Shown one piece after another: positions 38,931 to 54,000 of a stretch of 64,000 nt of DNA. The stretch is from NCBI GenBank assembly GCA_043228905.1, contig JBHGNT010000008.1:2914001-2978000 (forward strand), read 5' to 3'. A program made the position numbers and the translations under genes. Under the pieces are notes generated by a model that had not been told where the DNA came from, did not search any database, and saw only the letters and a list, made by a program, of their open reading frames with translations. Position 1 is the first letter of the stretch; every line of letters starts with the position of its first letter. This stretch comes from Azolla caroliniana. Taxonomy: Eukaryota > Plantae > Polypodiophyta.

Positions 38931-41900
38931 GGGCTCTAAGCCCATAAAAAAGGGTAAGTAATTGCAAGTGCCTCTCCAATGACATTGCACCTTCCTCATT
39001 TCAAATCTCTTGCGGTCTAGCTCGAGTAGCACACATAGTCACATTTACAAGATATCAGCACCCTACTGGGAAGCGCTCACACTTCATTAAGTGAGATCTC
39101 ACAACTAGAGAATAGATAAATAGATTTCACGAGTTACTCGATCATGAGAAGCAAAAAACCCTAACTTAATTTAACTACCCAAAGGTGTTTTCCGAATTGA
39201 ACATTGGAACACCCATTGGATAAAGATCTATGTGCAAGTTCTCGCAAAAGGCTTCATGGTAATTACCATGTGATCACGTGCAAGGGAATCAAGAAGGCAA
39301 AGAAGCACAAAATAGTATGAAGGGGGGACCAAGAAGGCGAGGAAGCGCGCAAATTGTGTGAAGGGGTCCGAAGAAAGCAAGAGAGCACATGATCATGTGA
39401 GGAAGAACAATAGAGGTTAAAAAGAAGAGGAAGGAGCAGCCAATTGACTTCTTCTCTTCAATAACATAGTGGTAGCTTAAATCACATTTTCTCAAAGGGA
39501 TTAACACGAATTAAGGGTCACTACTAAGTCCCGAGGGTTTCCTTCCTCTTGGTGGGCTAGCCGAGGGATTGGGGGACCTCACTCTGTAATGGCAAAGACC
39601 ACGTCACACATCAACTTAAAAACACTTACCTCTCCACCCCATGAAATCATAGAAGCCTCTAAGGCTTCGTAAGCTAGTATAAATAAGGACACACTTAATC
39701 ACTACCCTAATTGAAAAAAATGTTTGTCTTAGATAAATAGATAATCATTATATAACAAACATAAGAGGTGTCTCAAGTAAATAGATAATTACTCAATAAG
39801 AAACATGTGTATCTTGATTGATTAGGTGGAAAAGCTACATGGTGTAAAAGTGGCTCTCAGTGGATGTAAAGGGGAGATAATAAGGACCAAAAGGTAGTCA
39901 AAACGTTAGGACACCCAAAGGTTTCTTTTACATAATTTAGTATTGCCCTTTTATACAAGTAGGAAACCCTAAAGGGTCTCTTGCACATTACAAGCCTATT
40001 CACAAATGATCATCCCTACATAATAAAGGTAGTTCCCCACAAATTACAATATAACCATGTTTCTTGACATTTGGTTTATGATCTGTAGTTGGGATTAGCA
40101 TAACTAAAACCATATATACAATTTGACATTATTTACTTAACATGGAAATAGTTGTTACTATTGTTATTGTCGTGGTCGTTACAAGTTAGGCACCTACAAC
40201 CAATGTTGACGTCAGACTTGCAATCAAACCTAGGCTCGGGCCCCACACTAAACTCAACTAGTTTTCCCCCTTTCATATTAAAGAGTAACAATCAACTTTT
40301 TGAACTCGATAAGAAGAGTATGCATGTAGGGGTCTCGACCTCTCCAAAGATACGTGGCAACATTAATTTCAGCCTCACATGCATCTTCAAGGTCATTGTC
40401 TTCCAAGGTGACCAATACCCACTTTCTGATGGAGATTGATTGAGCTTGATTCAAGCCTCTTACTAATGCACAACGTTGATATCGATGAGACAATGACCTA
40501 TGCCTTTATTATGGTGACTTCAACCAATTTATTTGTCAGTTCCCAACAAAGGGTCCCTGATGAAAAATCTACCAAGCAAACAAATTTCAAATCTCGCAAT
40601 AGGAAAACAATAATGTCCAACTACAATGGGAGCCAGACAACCATGTGACTCTTGGTATCTGCCTTTATTGCGATCCTACCATTCGTTTACATCCTCTAAA
40701 GGTTTTTCATCACTTCAAGGTAAGTCTCTCTTTTGGATCTACGTTGATAACTTTACCCTATATCCTAGACCCTAGATTCTAGAGCAATCATTTGTTTCAT
40801 TGACACCACCTTTGCCAGAAACCATAAAATCTCACTTTTCTAATTATTGAAACCAATATCACCTGAAATCATTGATGGAAAATGCTTTTATCAAGTGCAA
40901 TTACAGAAGTGACTGCCCCTTTAGTCTTTTGACACACAATCTAGTGGTGGATTGGTCTAAACACTCCATCACCTAGTAAAGCTTGCCTTAAACTCTTGCA
41001 CTTTGAATCGAGGGAAAGCAAATCTCAACTCAATTGCTTTAACCCCTCCTCCAACATGGAAAATGCTATTTCGGTCATGCATTCTCCTATTTGATCAAGG
41101 TCTATTGACATGTTTTTTGCTCCAATCAAGACTAATTCCAACTTTGTTGCTCAATCCCTAGTTCCTGCAAGAATTGATTCCAACTCAGCCACTCACTCCT
41201 TTGCCCCAAGGGGGAGTCATTTCTTCAATTTAGCAAGTGTCAACCCCATCTTGGGTGCTCACCCTTTGGCTCTAGTTTGGACACATCATGACTCCCATTT
41301 TTGCTCAAATTTTATCATAGGGCACAATGCTTTGCTCCTTATTAAGCGGGCAACATTGAGATTAAAGATCTTTCTCAATCTTTCTAGCTATTTGGCCTTG
41401 TTAAGAATTGGTCTCCAAGTTCCCACTCCATAAAGAAGAGTTGGTGTGACAAGTGAATCAACTAGCCACAATTTAATTTATGTGCTTATTGTATGTCAAG
41501 AGCATCAAGGGTTGCATATCCACAAGAATGTCAAGCATAAGCAACCTCCCATAAGGAGAACCAAGACGATGGGAATGTTATTCCTATGCACTTGCAAGAT
41601 CATGTGTATGCCACCATTTCCCAAGAAGAATTATGGTTTTAATATTGTTACCCATGCTTGAGTTGAGTTAAACTGTTAAGGTGTTTTGATGTCTTTGTAA
41701 TTCCTTTCGGAGTGTTGGAGATCAACAAAATATCATCAACAAAACTTTCAAAATATATGTGTCACATTTTTAAGCTCTAATAGTAGCTATCAAATCAACA
41801 TTTTCCCTTTATTAGGTTCAAAAAGTGTCACGCTCGTTGAATGTGTATGTTTTGTTGTATTTGCATTTTGTTACATGTGTGTTTTATTATGGAGTTTAGA

Positions 41901-42373
41901 CATTTCACTATGTGTGTGGGATCATGTGTGCACACATTGATGGGTTTCATCATGTATGCATGTTTCCTAATGTGTATGCTCAGGCAAAAAATTGTCGTAA
42001 ATTGTAATGTGAGGGAGGCTCAGTAGTTGATACAATAGATTGAAAACTAAGCTTTCCTCGTTCATTGGGTGCAAGTTGCAATATTCCTTTTAAAGAAAGT
42101 TAGATGGGAAAAAGTTGTCATTCGGCTTTTGGGAAGCCTATCCATGTGGTTGAATACTTTAAGCACATGCTTGAAATTTCAACATAGACCAAAAAACTTT
42201 GAGAGTCAGGGTTAGGTTCCATTTCTCCTCTCTCAATTGTCGATATCTCAATGAATCTTACTAATGCTTCAATTTCCTTTTCATATTATCTTGTCCTTTG
42301 TTTCCTCTCAACACTTACTTTTACAAAATAACTACATAATGTCTTGTTACTTATCAAACACATTGAAACTCAA

Positions 42374-42532
42374 AGCTTTTTTGTGGGTATCACCTGCTCA
42401 ATATTTGAATATACAAGTCAATTAATGTTGTATTATGCTAAAATCATTCAATTAGCTTTTTTGTGGCTATCACCTACTCAATATTTGAACATATAAGTCA
42501 ATTAATGTTCTATTATGCTAAAATCATCCAAT
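42374..42532. repeat. Tandem duplication of ~79 bp
   Basis: agcttttttgtgg.tatcacct.ctcaatatttgaa...aaaatcat.caatt occurs twice. Confidence 0.85.
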
Positions 42533-43485
42533 TGTCGTGTATTATCTAGGCAAAAGGGCATTGGTTTTGTAACAAAGAATAGAAGGTCTTGCTTGACTAG
42601 CATGTCTAATACACATGCCATCTTCAATTATGCATACAACATGATTCACGTGACATTGCCGGCTTTAACAATTGATTCATCATACTAGGAGCACAAGACA
42701 TATAAGTGTAACATGGTTTGGGAAGATTGCGTATAACATTTGCCCTAGAGGTCTTGTTCCAATATATGAAAAAGCTAAAGATACATGTGTCCTTTTTTTT
42801 GTTTCTCAATGTTAATAATTATAAATGCATATACGAGAAAGGATCGCTCTGCAATCATAATGCTTTTCTTATTTGGGTGTGTACGATATTCTTGTTACCG
42901 CAACCAAACGTTGTATGCATGACTCTAACCCCCTCTTTGATATATGTTGCGTCCATTTCAAGTTAGAATACTATGGTTTGCCCCCATCACACCATGAGAA
43001 TGTTCATGATTGCAATGGAAAGCATGACAACATCATGACAATTTAGGTTGCTTAAAGAACTTGCATATTTGATGGCACTAAGTGTGAGATCAATGTCCAA
43101 CGGTCCTTGTCTAAATTAGATTCGGCTATAAGTTGAGACCACATTCGTGACCACTTCTTAGATGATATTCAAAGGAATGACATATTCCATTCATTCAATG
43201 GACTATAGCCACAAACACGTATATAAATTTGGATTAAAACACCATTAAAGCATGAGCTTAAATATGCACAATAGACTTAACACCTTACTATGTGAACCAA
43301 ATGATTTGATTCAATGTTAAATCCATTGTGGATGATTATGTGTTTAGTTAATTGGTGCAACCGTTGTGCACGTAACTAGTGAACAATTTTATCATGTTGT
43401 TCTCATATGAAATCAATTTAACGTTGTTGACTAATACTTTGTCATTATTGTTATTCAAGTGTTTATCGTCGATTTTAATTATGGT

Positions 43486-43505
43486 CACACACACACACAC
43501 ACACA

Positions 43506-43540
<35 letters not shown>

Positions 43541-43794
43541 ACACACACACACACACACTCACTCACTCACTCATACACGCACAATCCTCATTGTGGCATG
43601 ACATACTTGCCAAGCATCATATTATTGGTCTCCCTCTAGACGTTAAAAAAAAATCTCTCTCAATTCTTGTCTCTTGCAAAGGTATCAAGATCCCTCTCCA
43701 TCACTCTATTGTGCAAAAGTTATTAAGCTCGTTTAACATGCTTGATTGACCTTTCTACATGAAACATTCGGTTGTGCTTCAACGCTCCCGCTCT

Positions 43795-43849
<55 letters not shown>

Positions 43850-44288
43850 ACATAACATACATACAATCCATCCATCTATAGACACACTCACTCACACACA
43901 CACACTCTCACACACATATACATATAGTATACAAATCAATCAACACACACACACACACACACACACTTACACATACATACATACATATATACGAATCAAT
44001 CATACAAACATATATATATATATACACACACTTACACATACATACATACATATATACGAATCAATCATACAAACATATATATATATATACACACACAAAC
44101 ATATATACATATATACAAATCAATCAATATAAACATATGCACATACATTAATACTTACATGGCACCCCCTTCCCATTGTATAACAACAAGGATATACACA
44201 CACACATATATACAAATCAATCAATACAAGCATATACACATACATTAATACATACATACCACACTCTTCCCATTGTATAACAAGAAGG

Positions 44289-44329
<41 letters not shown>

Positions 44330-44400
44330 TGTATACAAAACCAATCAATACACATGCATTATATACATACATACCACCCCCCCTTTCCCATTGTATATAA
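43486..44400. repeat. Compound microsatellite field (CA/CT/TA/CATA) with an embedded higher-order unit
   Basis: Direct observation; ttcccattgtata occurs three times between ~44170 and 44400. Confidence 0.9.
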
Positions 44401-44506
44401 CGTAAGATCGACGGTATCCTCGACGGAGCCATGATATATCAAAGCATTCTAGATGAAGGAATCCACGATATGTACATACATACATGATTACATATTGATA
44501 TAAGCT

Positions 44507-44864
44507 GTGGGCCCGAATTCGAGCCCCTCCTTGGATCGAAATCTCCGAAGAAAAACTTATTTAAATGTGAACACACAAACCATAAAGAACAGAAACACAT
44601 TCACACACAACTTTGTTGGTTGTGATGACAGGAACGTGCTGCTGCTTGCATACAAATTCAATTTTTTAAAATGAAAGGAATCGGATTTCAAATGAATTGA
44701 ATTGAGTTGGATTGGATTGGATTGGATTTGAATCTGATTTTGCTTCTTTCCATCGAGCAGATCAAATCTTGTGCTCAACTGATGAAACCCCTCATGAACT
44801 CTATCTAATTCCTAAGAAACCCCTAAAATCCTTCAAAGGCCATATATCTCTGGGAAACCCTAAT
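44507..44864 (+). promoter_or_regulatory. Putative ABCC13 proximal promoter: site II-like TGGGCCC (~44508) and telo-box AAACCCTAA (~44855)
   Basis: Motif matches only, located 150-500 bp upstream of the predicted ATG. Confidence 0.35.
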
Positions 44865-45013
44865 CCCTGCCTGCCTCATCCTCGAAATGGAACATTAACA
44901 TTGAAGAGAAAATTTTGTGTTTTCTGTCAAAGAATTTGTTTGGCACAGCAACAGAGGATGCGATTGAAATAGAGAGAAAGAGAAAAAATAAAAAATAAAA
45001 AATAAAAAATGAG

Positions 45014-48000
45014 ATGATGCACATGAAGATGAAGATTATATTCGGATTTCCGCCTTCATTCCTCTGTTCTGATCCGTTCCCAGTAACCTCCGCAAATTCA
45101 AAACCTTTTTCTTCAAATCCAGCTATTTGTTTTTTCCCACATAGTCTGAATTTAAATCGATCGTTTGCTTGATTCTACTTGCATCAATCTTTTGCAGTGA
45201 TACTTTGCATTAATCTCTTTATATAGGCTGTTATATTGGCTCACCAATATAGTTTTTTAATGCATTCTTTCACGAAGAATCGTCTGTTCATTGTAAGGAA
45301 CATTATATCATGTATGTTGTTCACGAAGAACATTAAGGATCGTGTATCATACGATGCTGAATAGGGAATAATACTCTCCATAGAACAATCTATGTCATTT
45401 GGATGGTTTCCTAGGACAAAGAACAGCCATCTATGCTTTTAACTGTGTTCAAAAGAAATTTTATGAGCAGATAATCATTCATGTAATCGTGTTTATAAGC
45501 AGTATTTGTAATGTCCTTCGTTGGTTTTCTTGGACAGGCATGGACTGGTCATGATTTCTCTCCCTGTTTCGAGGACTTATATCCTTAATATATCTGTGGA
45601 ACTTTGCGCTAAGCTAGGACATTAATTTGATGGGTTTATTCCTTGATCATCCATACAATATTTGGCTGTGCAGCAAATTTGTTAACTCTTGTTCTTGCTG
45701 CTTTTTATAGCGTTCAAGGTTCCATTGCATCAAGAAAGGTCCGACTTGAAACCAGCACCTTATTCATGAATCAAGTGCTGTTTTTTGCCTTTTATGAATC
45801 ACGTGGTGTCCACTTAGTGTATTCGAGTGGCTAAAGAAACAGACACAAATCAAGCAATATGCTTTAAAATCCAGTTATTCTGCAGAACTTCATTACCTCT
45901 TGCCTTTTTATGTATCAATATGGTTTTTGCTCAATGCAGAATGTGAGGAAGTCATTCGAGGTGTTGACACTAAGGAGGTCTTTAATGTGGATAAAGGCAC
46001 TACCAATGTTAGCTATTCTTGTCACGATGGGACAATCATTTCAGTTGGTTCTACATGATGAAGAGTATGCGAACCTTCAAAATCATAGTTGGATTTATCT
46101 TTTCCTACAAGGACTCGCATGGGTATGTGGTGTTTCTTTCAGCTGTAGTATTGGCATTTGTTTTTGTGAACTATGTATGCCTCTGAGAATCCCTTTCAAT
46201 TATCAAGTTTTTAGTTTTACCCAGTCCTTTATCAGTTGCAAATTGCCAAGTTTGTAATAATGTTTGATGCAGATTGTATGGCCATCTCTTGTTGTGAGAA
46301 AACTCTTCACCATTGCTACTGGTTTTATTTCTTGATGTGTGGCAGGTATCATCTGGCTGGATAGTGCATTATCACCCTGAAGTTGTCATAAAGGATTTTC
46401 TCATTCTCCGTATCTGGTGGCTTTTGAGGCCAATATTGCATATTCCATTTTTGTACACCTTATGCAAGTCATCAAAGGTAATTGGTTAATTTTCACTTTA
46501 TTTAGTTGGAGATGTATGCGATATTTATAAGTTGCTATTAGTTTAAGCTATAATGACTGGATTACAATGACATGCACATTTAGTGGCTATGATGATACAT
46601 TGAAACCTCATGCTATATTATAAGTTGCTATAATGAATCATGAGAACAAACAATAAAACTCCAAATTCTATGGCAAGAAAGATGGTGTTGGGCTGCTAGC
46701 TGTCGGCCAAGGTAGAGTATGATGAGTTCATATATTACGAAAGACTTGTATTGTTGTAGTATTCAGGTAAAGGCATAAATGGTGGTTAGTCTTTTTCATC
46801 AGTTTAAAGGGCTTGGTAATTTGTAATTCTTATTTTAGGATATTCAAACCATAGTTGAATGTAGTGGATAACCCCTTCTTGGAAAGAGTTCATCAAACGC
46901 CAAAATCTGTTGTGAGTCTAAATATATAACTAAAAATTAAAATTGGTTAGTATCGGAGACACTAATTTCTATACCATTATTTGCTCACAAGGTCTTTTGT
47001 ATTTATAAATAATAGGTGGTCAAATTGTTTCTAATGATACAGGTTAACACATAGAGAAAGCAAAGAATTTCAAATAACTTATCTCTTGGTAAAATGGCCT
47101 TGTTAGGTGCTATGGTCTCTCAATGTATTAGAAGAGATCCTTCAGGCAACAATCTCATTTATCTTTGGATTATTTATCTTTGCCATTGGATGGAGATCTT
47201 CCTCAACTCTGAATTCCAGAAACAGGTGTATCTTTGGCATGTAACATTTTATACTATTCTTGGAATGATTCTTTGAGACATTTAATAAATTGCCTTATTA
47301 TATATACTTGAAGCAAAATGAATATATATTTAAGAGACTTTTCTCTCACATAGATGATAGCATTATGGCTCTGTCTACCTATTACTCTCTGAAGAAGTAA
47401 TAGGAACTCAATGCAGTGCTTCATGCCCTTAGCGTTACTGTATATGAACCTTCACCTACCCATAGGAAACGTCCATGACAATGTTGTAAAAGTGGAGAAT
47501 CATAGAATGAAGTACGTTAATGGAGTGCTTCATGCCCAAACTCGGTGAAAATCAGCAGAAGAATATGAACTTTGGACCAAAAGGGATTATAACCTTCATT
47601 GGAGGAGGATAAATAATGGAAACCACAAATAAGATGGTTTAGAGAACTTGGTCAATTGAGAGTATGCATGCTTATGCACTGTTCTAATGTAATGCTGGGT
47701 GTACTATGGAATGTAGAATCACTGATGTGTTCAGTATCAGTGATCATGGATAATGGAAAGCAAGATGGATAGTCATATAAATAGGACAACAGTTGTCAGA
47801 GAAGGGACCTATATGTGCAAGAGGGAGTGGACACTACAAGTGAAGCGATGTGAGGCTCATAACTGGGGAGTTTCTAGGAAGAAGAAGTGATGTTATGGTG
47901 AATGAGTGGCCAAACATGCCAATGATAAGAGAATTGATGTAGAAAGATGCATGAACATGTGGAGATGGTGAGAAGTATTCTTGAAGTCAAGATAATCTAC

Positions 48001-51000
48001 AGCCCTCTATTAAGAGAAGGTGATGAGAAGCTTACAGGAAAGATGAAAAGGGGAATATAGATGATGAAGTGTGAGGATGGTGGTGATGAATCCCTACATC
48101 ATTGTACTTTGATCACAGGCTTGCAATCAATATATGGCTAACTACCTAGGTTATGTACATTTTCATTATCTGTAAGATTCACAAGGATATAAGTATTGGT
48201 TTTCATAGGTTTTTCCCTTTTGAAGATGTAAATGTACAATTCATTTTATTTCTCTGCTTGATAACAGTAAAGATTGATCAAATAGTTTCTTTGCTTTAGG
48301 CATTTCACATACTTTGTAGACTGTTACTTCACCCATGGTTTCTCAAGTTTTTTATTATATAAAATGCATCTTGTTGGTCCAAGGAATGTTTCATATAAAT
48401 TTGTAATTGTGATATAAAGGTTTGTCTCTGAATGCGCTGATGATTTTTCCTATCAAGGGAATTTCCACTATTGACGGATCCTCTTCTACATTCAAAAGGT
48501 CTGGGACGAAGCGAGCAGACATATCCAGTGGTATGTGTACAAAGAACTCTATGTATTGAGTGCTGAAGAGTTATCTATAAGCCAATTTATATACCAGAAC
48601 TGGATAGCAACATAGAATATGTTAAAATCATTTGGAAAAGTTTGATTGCTTTAATAATTGGATTTTAATCTTGTTTGGTCTTATAGGCTATTTTGGCCTC
48701 TTAAAAGGCACTAATATTTCTTTCTTTACGTTACCTGGGTAATGCTAGCGAACTATAGCTTGCAACGTGGTTACTCTGCTTTCATTTTATGCTGGCTAGC
48801 AAATGTTTCCTGAAACAATAGTCAAATTTTCTTATGATAACAGCAATGCCTCTTCTAGTGATGCATCCTCATATACATTTATGATCTTTAATTATTGATA
48901 GACTATTTTCATACCATGTACCCTTTGACTCATTACAGCATACACTAAACTTTTCGTTTCAGCTGAGGAAACTTGTAGTGTATTTGCAGCAACATCTAAT
49001 AATGTAAATATTTATCACTGCTGGTATGAGATGTTTTACTATATCTTTTGCTTGTTTAAATTTGTAAACTTTAAATAAAAGTTCTAAACCTTCATATGTT
49101 CAATTATGTTACATACATTTGAGGTTGTGTTCCTTGATTCTCAATGGAATTGGAACTCCATTAGAATGGCCCTTGATGGTCTTGAGTTGGGGTAAGAATC
49201 TTCTCCCTACTAGTGCCTTTTAGTGATTTGACATCACCATGCACAGGAAGAAATGATCATACTTTTCCAGAAAGTTGAATAGTACATTGAGGGACATATG
49301 CACAGAGCCCAGCTTGCCCATGCTGGAACTAGGTTGCCCCATGTATCTCCCACACATCTTTCAATGAAAAATCAGTCATGAAATTGAACCAGTTGTTTTA
49401 AAAATATGAATGGTTTCCTCTCCAAGTGCACGATATGTGTGATTAACTTATCTCTGAAGAGGTTGGTTACTGCATCCAGAGGGCATGAACGTGCTTCTTG
49501 AATTGAACTTTGTGGATGTCAGTATCAGCGAAATTCAGTTTTTTCCTTTACGCTCTTGAGTTCTCTTTCCATGCTGGGCGATACGAAGTTTGTACAATCT
49601 GCAGCAAGCAACAAGGGCTTTGTCCTTCCTCCTTTCTTAGCGTTTCGTTTAACTAAACACTTTAGATTTCCCTGTGCCAATACCAATTGGATGGATCTAG
49701 ACAATGCTGCATTTATCATGAATAGTGAACTGTAATCAGATATAAGAGTATGTAGGTTTATATTGTTCATGATCAAACAAGGACATGAAGTAGGCTTGTT
49801 TCTGAGAATTGGAATTAGGCCATTTTCAGATGACCATCTTCAATTAAAAGCAGATTGTTTGTGCTTTTATTTTCAACTGCTTTTAGACTTTTTTATTGCA
49901 GATTTGTGCTATGTGATGTTGATTATGAGATAACTGCTATGTTAAGTCGTATATTTAAAGAAAAAGTGTTGCCTCCTATTAAAACATAATCAACCAATTT
50001 AATTGCTTTTTGTAGGATAATTCTCTGTGGAAATCTCTTCTCTTCACATGGGTCACACCATTAATGGATCTCGGAACCACCCGACAACTAGAATACGAGG
50101 ATCTGTTCACATTACCTGAACAATTGGAACCAATTAACTGCTCAAAATTTTTGTTAGAATCATGGGATGAAGAGAAGAAACGTGCTGATCAAGATCGCTC
50201 ATTCTTCCATGCAATCTATCTTGTATATCGATGGCAATATCTTCTAATTGGCATTGTTAAGGTAATAGTTTCTGTTTCTGTTTATTTGTTTTATTATTAC
50301 CCCTACATGTGTCTGTTTTCATTTCTTTAGAGTTCTATCTTTAATATTTTTTGTCCAGAATTGGCAGTCACTATTTTCTTTGATTCATGCAATGAATAGA
50401 TTCAGTACATTAATCCCTGTATTCCCTTCCTGCGAGTACGAGTAGACTAGGCTACATATATTTGGAAAGACTCGTGAAAGGGGGAATAGGGTGTGTAATG
50501 CCTTTCACTGATCGTCATATTGAAAACAAAGAGGACATAAATGAGCTGTACAGTATAGATTGCATTAGGCATAAGATGACCCATGATCAGTCTCTTCTGA
50601 CACATACCACATGAGGAGGATTGTCATTGAAACAACATATATGAGTAATCACAGTTCAAATGTTCTGCCTAGTTAGATTATAATCTTATCATGTTATCTG
50701 GGTATAGAAACATGGTGTTGCATATCCATGCCTTTTGAGAACAACAGTGGCTATCTAAAGCACTAAAGAGATTGAATCAAAGGAGCATTGTATATGCCAT
50801 TGTACCATTGTCTATGAAATTGGAGAAGGTATCATTGCTTATATGGGTTTGGACTCTTCATAGAGTAAAATAATATAACAATTGAAGACTCTAGGACTAT
50901 GATTATGGGGGTCACATAACTCGCTGAGAACCTATCGAGAGTCCAAGTGTCAACTTTATGTCACTTAAATCACCAACTTTTAGTCACTTGAGAGGAGGAT

Positions 51001-54000
51001 CCTAGAGTCAAACCAACAGTTTCAGAGGGGTCCTGAATTGAAGTATTGACCTAGAAGTACTACCGTATTTGAAGTTATTCTGGTTTACTGTGTCATCTTT
51101 ATCCACCAGAACAATTCCCTTGAGACATGTTTGGAAGGCCAGAGATATTATTGCATAATAACTTACATCATGAATCAGAATCTGATCAGTATTCCATGCG
51201 AGAATAATTACATGTATACAGGTATTTACTATAATTTCTGGTATGCTTGCTACAATTTAAGAATGTTTTCTTTCTAGTAATACATGATTTTAGTTGAGTT
51301 AGATTTGAATATGTTTGTTGGTTTTGCACAGTTTTTTAATGATATGTTGGGATTTCTTGGACCATTATTCTTGAATATAATTGTACGAAGCATGGAAGAC
51401 GGTGAGATGATGACTTAAATATTCATATTGAAGTATGTTAAAATGATAAGTAATTTGTATTGTTTCATGAAGCAATTTTTTGTAGGGTCAACAGGCAGCA
51501 TAAGTCGTGGTTATTGGTGTGCTATAGGCATTGGTATTGTTTCAGCTTTGAGGTAAATCTTAAATTGAAGTGCTTTATTATTACCTGTCACAAACTATTT
51601 TAAGTTATTTCTGATTCATACTGCCGGAATATTCTTTTGGAGGGCATTCTTTGGGACACAATACACATTTCTTGTGTCTAAGCTGAAGTTACAGTTGCGA
51701 GCAAGCATCATCACTCTGGTTTACCATGAAGTACATGATTGATTCTTTTTCAAATGCGTGTTGTTTTGTATGAAAGATCTTTCAAATTGCCCTGATTTTA
51801 AATCATGTTTAATACTATTGTAAGAGCTCCTATATGATATTTTAGGCGTTACGTTTGAGCCTATCAGAGCAAAGTTTATTTTCCAATGGAGAAATTCAAA
51901 CTCTCATGTCTGTTGATGCTGAACGCATTGTTAACTTGTGTGGTAGCTTACATGAACTCTGGAGGTAAAAGATAGTCTAATAATTTTAAGCTTTATTGTT
52001 CTAGTGTTCTACAGTTAAACTATAATATCAACAGGTTTCTTATTAAAATTTTTAAGGTTCGTAATACCTATAAACAATGCCTTGTCTTTCCTTCAGCTTG
52101 CCGCTGCAGATGGCAGTTGCATTGGGTTTGTTATATCTGCAAGTGAAGTTTGCTTTTGTTGCAGGGCTTGTAGTTATAGTCTTATTAATTCCAGGTTCTC
52201 TAGGATCTCTCTTGTTACAATGTGATGAATGTTAGTAGAACATGCATGTTGTGTGATAAGATAAAATTATGCTTCTCTATTTCAGTCAATAAGGTGATTG
52301 CATCAAAGATAAGTGTTGCAAGTCAGCTCATGATGAAAGCAAAAGATGAAAGGTTTTTACATCTCCATTTGTGTTCTTTTTTTATCTGTGATAAGTGGAG
52401 ACATACAAACTGCAATCTTTGCATGTAGGGTCCGGAAAATGGGTGAAATTTTAGCATATATTCGGACTATCAAGATGTATGCCTGGGAAAAATTCTTTTC
52501 AGATAAAGTGATGGAAAGTAGAAAGGAGGAGGTCAAATACTTGGGGGTAAGTAGGATTTTGTTTAATTTTCATCATAAGAGTTGAATTGGATTTATGCTA
52601 TCTTACTACTATAACTGTAAAAGACTCCTAGCAAGGATATGTTTCTGTACCTCTTCACAATCCTGATAATACCAATATTGAAAGGCAAGTTCCAGATAGG
52701 CATCTTGTATATGATGTAGGAAGATAGATATGACAGACAGACCCATGAGTTTATTATCATCTTTGGAGGTCAATGACCAAAAATATTACATTTTCACATA
52801 ATACATGTGAAAGTGAGTAGAGACTGGAGTATAGAGAGAAATTCTGGGTGCAAGAGGAATCATTGGGCATAGCTGGATCCATATGGTAGACTCCCTGATG
52901 AATTTGATGATTATAAATGAAGATAAGCTATTGTGTCAAGTGAATGATGATATGTGGGTGGATGTGGTTGGTGAGAACAGTGGATCGTGGGTTATTGGCG
53001 AACAATTATGACAAGATAAGTATGATACAACATAGTTGGCATATGGTAGTGAATGTTATGATGGAGTCTGTCGCTCATGGTGCCCAAGATTTAGTCCTTT
53101 GTGCTTCTGCCACCTAGCTTGGAAAGCACTAATCCCACTCAAGTCTACCATGGTGGCATCCTGTTATAGATAAAAAAAAAGTTTGGGAAAAAGGATGCCA
53201 GCTCTAGTTCCATATTTGTGCTATTTGCATGGAATCACCTGATACTTTGTAGTCCTTAGCCAGAGCATGCATCATCGACATATTCTCTAGCCCTGGGTGG
53301 CATGGGACGTACCATTTATGAGGATTAAAGTATAAGTTGAGAAAGACTTTAACTCCAGTGTACTGCATGATGCTCCAAAACAAGACTGTATGATGACCGC
53401 TTTTTTACAGCTTTCTTACAATAGATTCTATTGAAAATAAAAAAAGAGATGCATTTGTCAATGTGATTGATGAACTTATGCCATTTTCTCAATATACTAA
53501 TCTCCCGTTGAAATTCTTGCAGGTGCGCAAATATTTGGATGCTTGGTGTGTTTATTTTTGGGCCACCACCCCAATTTTGTTTTCCGTCTTTACATTTGGA
53601 CTTTATTCCGTTCTTGGTTACCAATTAGATGCTTCCATTGTAAGGGCTCTAAACATGAAGAGTACGGATTAAATATTTGGTTCCTAAGGGTTCTACTTAA
53701 CTTACCCTTTTCATTCTTACACCTTATTGTTAGATCCTAGAAAGAAAGAAAGAAGAAAGAAAGATATTTTAACCTCTTTTAAGAGGCCAAAATGGCCTAT
53801 AATACCAAATAAGAGATTACATCTTGAGTGTTGTCTCGTCTTTGAGAACAAATCATGGTGGAAGTTATATATATGAAATTTCTATTTCCTTTTTCATGGT
53901 GGAAGTTATATATATGAAATTTCTATTTCCTTTTTCATGGCGGAAGTTATGAATTGACCTTTTACTATTCTAAAACCTAATGTTGTGTTTTGCTGTGATA

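Noticed and set aside
40150-41700. Possible retroelement gag relic on the minus strand
   Set aside because: Composition is suggestive, but I could not read any recognisable conserved motif.
43348-44432. His/Thr- or Val/Cys-rich ORFs (also 5052-5452, 9345-9596, 26002-26229)
   Set aside because: These are translations of CA/TG microsatellites.
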